This document shows, in pieces, positions 63,123 to 64,000 of a stretch of DNA of 64,000 nucleotides. This DNA is from Chiloscyllium plagiosum (taxonomy: Eukaryota). Both the position numbers and the translations under genes were made by a program. Positions within the stretch are counted from its first letter, which is position 1. Each line of letters opens with the position of its first letter. The stretch is from the NCBI RefSeq assembly GCF_004010195.1, contig NC_057728.1, forward strand, positions 50,668,782 through 50,732,781. The letters run 5' to 3'. The notes beneath the pieces were generated by a model. The model was not told where the DNA came from and searched no databases. It saw nothing but the letters and a program-made list of their open reading frames with translations.

Positions 63123-64000
63123 GTGAGTGAAACATTGCATCACACAAGCAGATATTTGTGGCTGTGTTTTCCTGGGAGGATTTGACATTACACCTGCAAG
63201 CATGTTCAATGGATAATAGGGAAGGCAGGTGGAACATTGGCTTTTATTTCATGGTGAATGGAGTACACACGTAGGGAGATTTTTGCTAAAATTATTACAA
63301 GGCATTAGTCAGAATACACTTGGAATACGGTGGAAGTTTCAGTCTCTTTATCTAAGGAGAGATATATTGGCATTGGAGACGGTTCAGACAAAGTTCATTC
63401 CAGTTATAGAGGGATGTTCTTATGAGGTGAAGTTTGTAGTAGGTTGGGCTTGCACTCATCAGAGTCCAGAAGAATGACAAGAGACTTTATTGAAACACAC
63501 ACGATTCTTAACCGGTCTTAACCAGATAGATGCAGAAAGGATATTTCCCTTTGTGACAGAGACTTGGACCAGAAGGAATAATCTCAGAGTCATCCATTTA
63601 AGATAGAAATGAGGAGAAATTTATTCTGTCACAGGGGATTGAATCTAGGGAATTCTTTACTGCAGAGGGCTGTGAGGCGTTAAGTATGTAGCTAGACCCA
63701 TTTTTAATCAGGAAGCGAATCAAGGAAGGAGACTAGAGTTGAGGATTATCAGATCAGCTATGATCTCATTGAACAGCAAAGCAAACTTGATGGATTGAAT
63801 GGCTAATACTGCTCCTGTGTCTTATGGTCTAACAGAAATGCTCAACTCATTTAATTGAACAAAGTTGTTGATAACTGTTTGCCATTTATGTGGTTGGAAT
63901 ATATCTTTTAAAAAAGTATTTATTGAGTCAATTACAGGGAACATAGGGGCAGGAGGAGGCCATTCAGCCCATCAGGCCTGTTCCAACATTCAGTAAGATC

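Overview
Repeat-dense, intron-rich vertebrate DNA. It is most likely from a cartilaginous fish (shark), inferred from HE1-type V-SINEs with a HER1/CR1-like tail and SacSINE/DeuSINE-like elements. Two host genes lie on the + strand in the same order as in human: the last two coding exons of PARP11 (2796-3381) and the first three coding exons of CRACR2A/EFCAB4B (45161-63122; the gene continues beyond the window). A candidate CpG/X-box promoter lies near 24.6-25.3 kb. Much of the rest is CR1, L2 and RTE LINE fragments, SINEs, a probable solo LTR and many Penelope-like elements (PLEs; RT plus GIY-YIG, Neptune-type Cys linker). The strongest signal is three PLE terminal-repeat families, each carrying a minimal type-I hammerhead ribozyme (CUGANGA, stem II, GAAA, palindromic stem III, NUH). 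There are about 15 copies; two families show compensatory stem changes. Many copies are 90-280 bp non-coding insertions with 8-19 bp target-site duplications, often with inverted arms, and one begins exactly at the predicted self-cleavage site. An 8.5 kb nested transposon stack lies at 14.4-22.9 kb. All family names come from recognising motifs by eye; no search or folding program was run.
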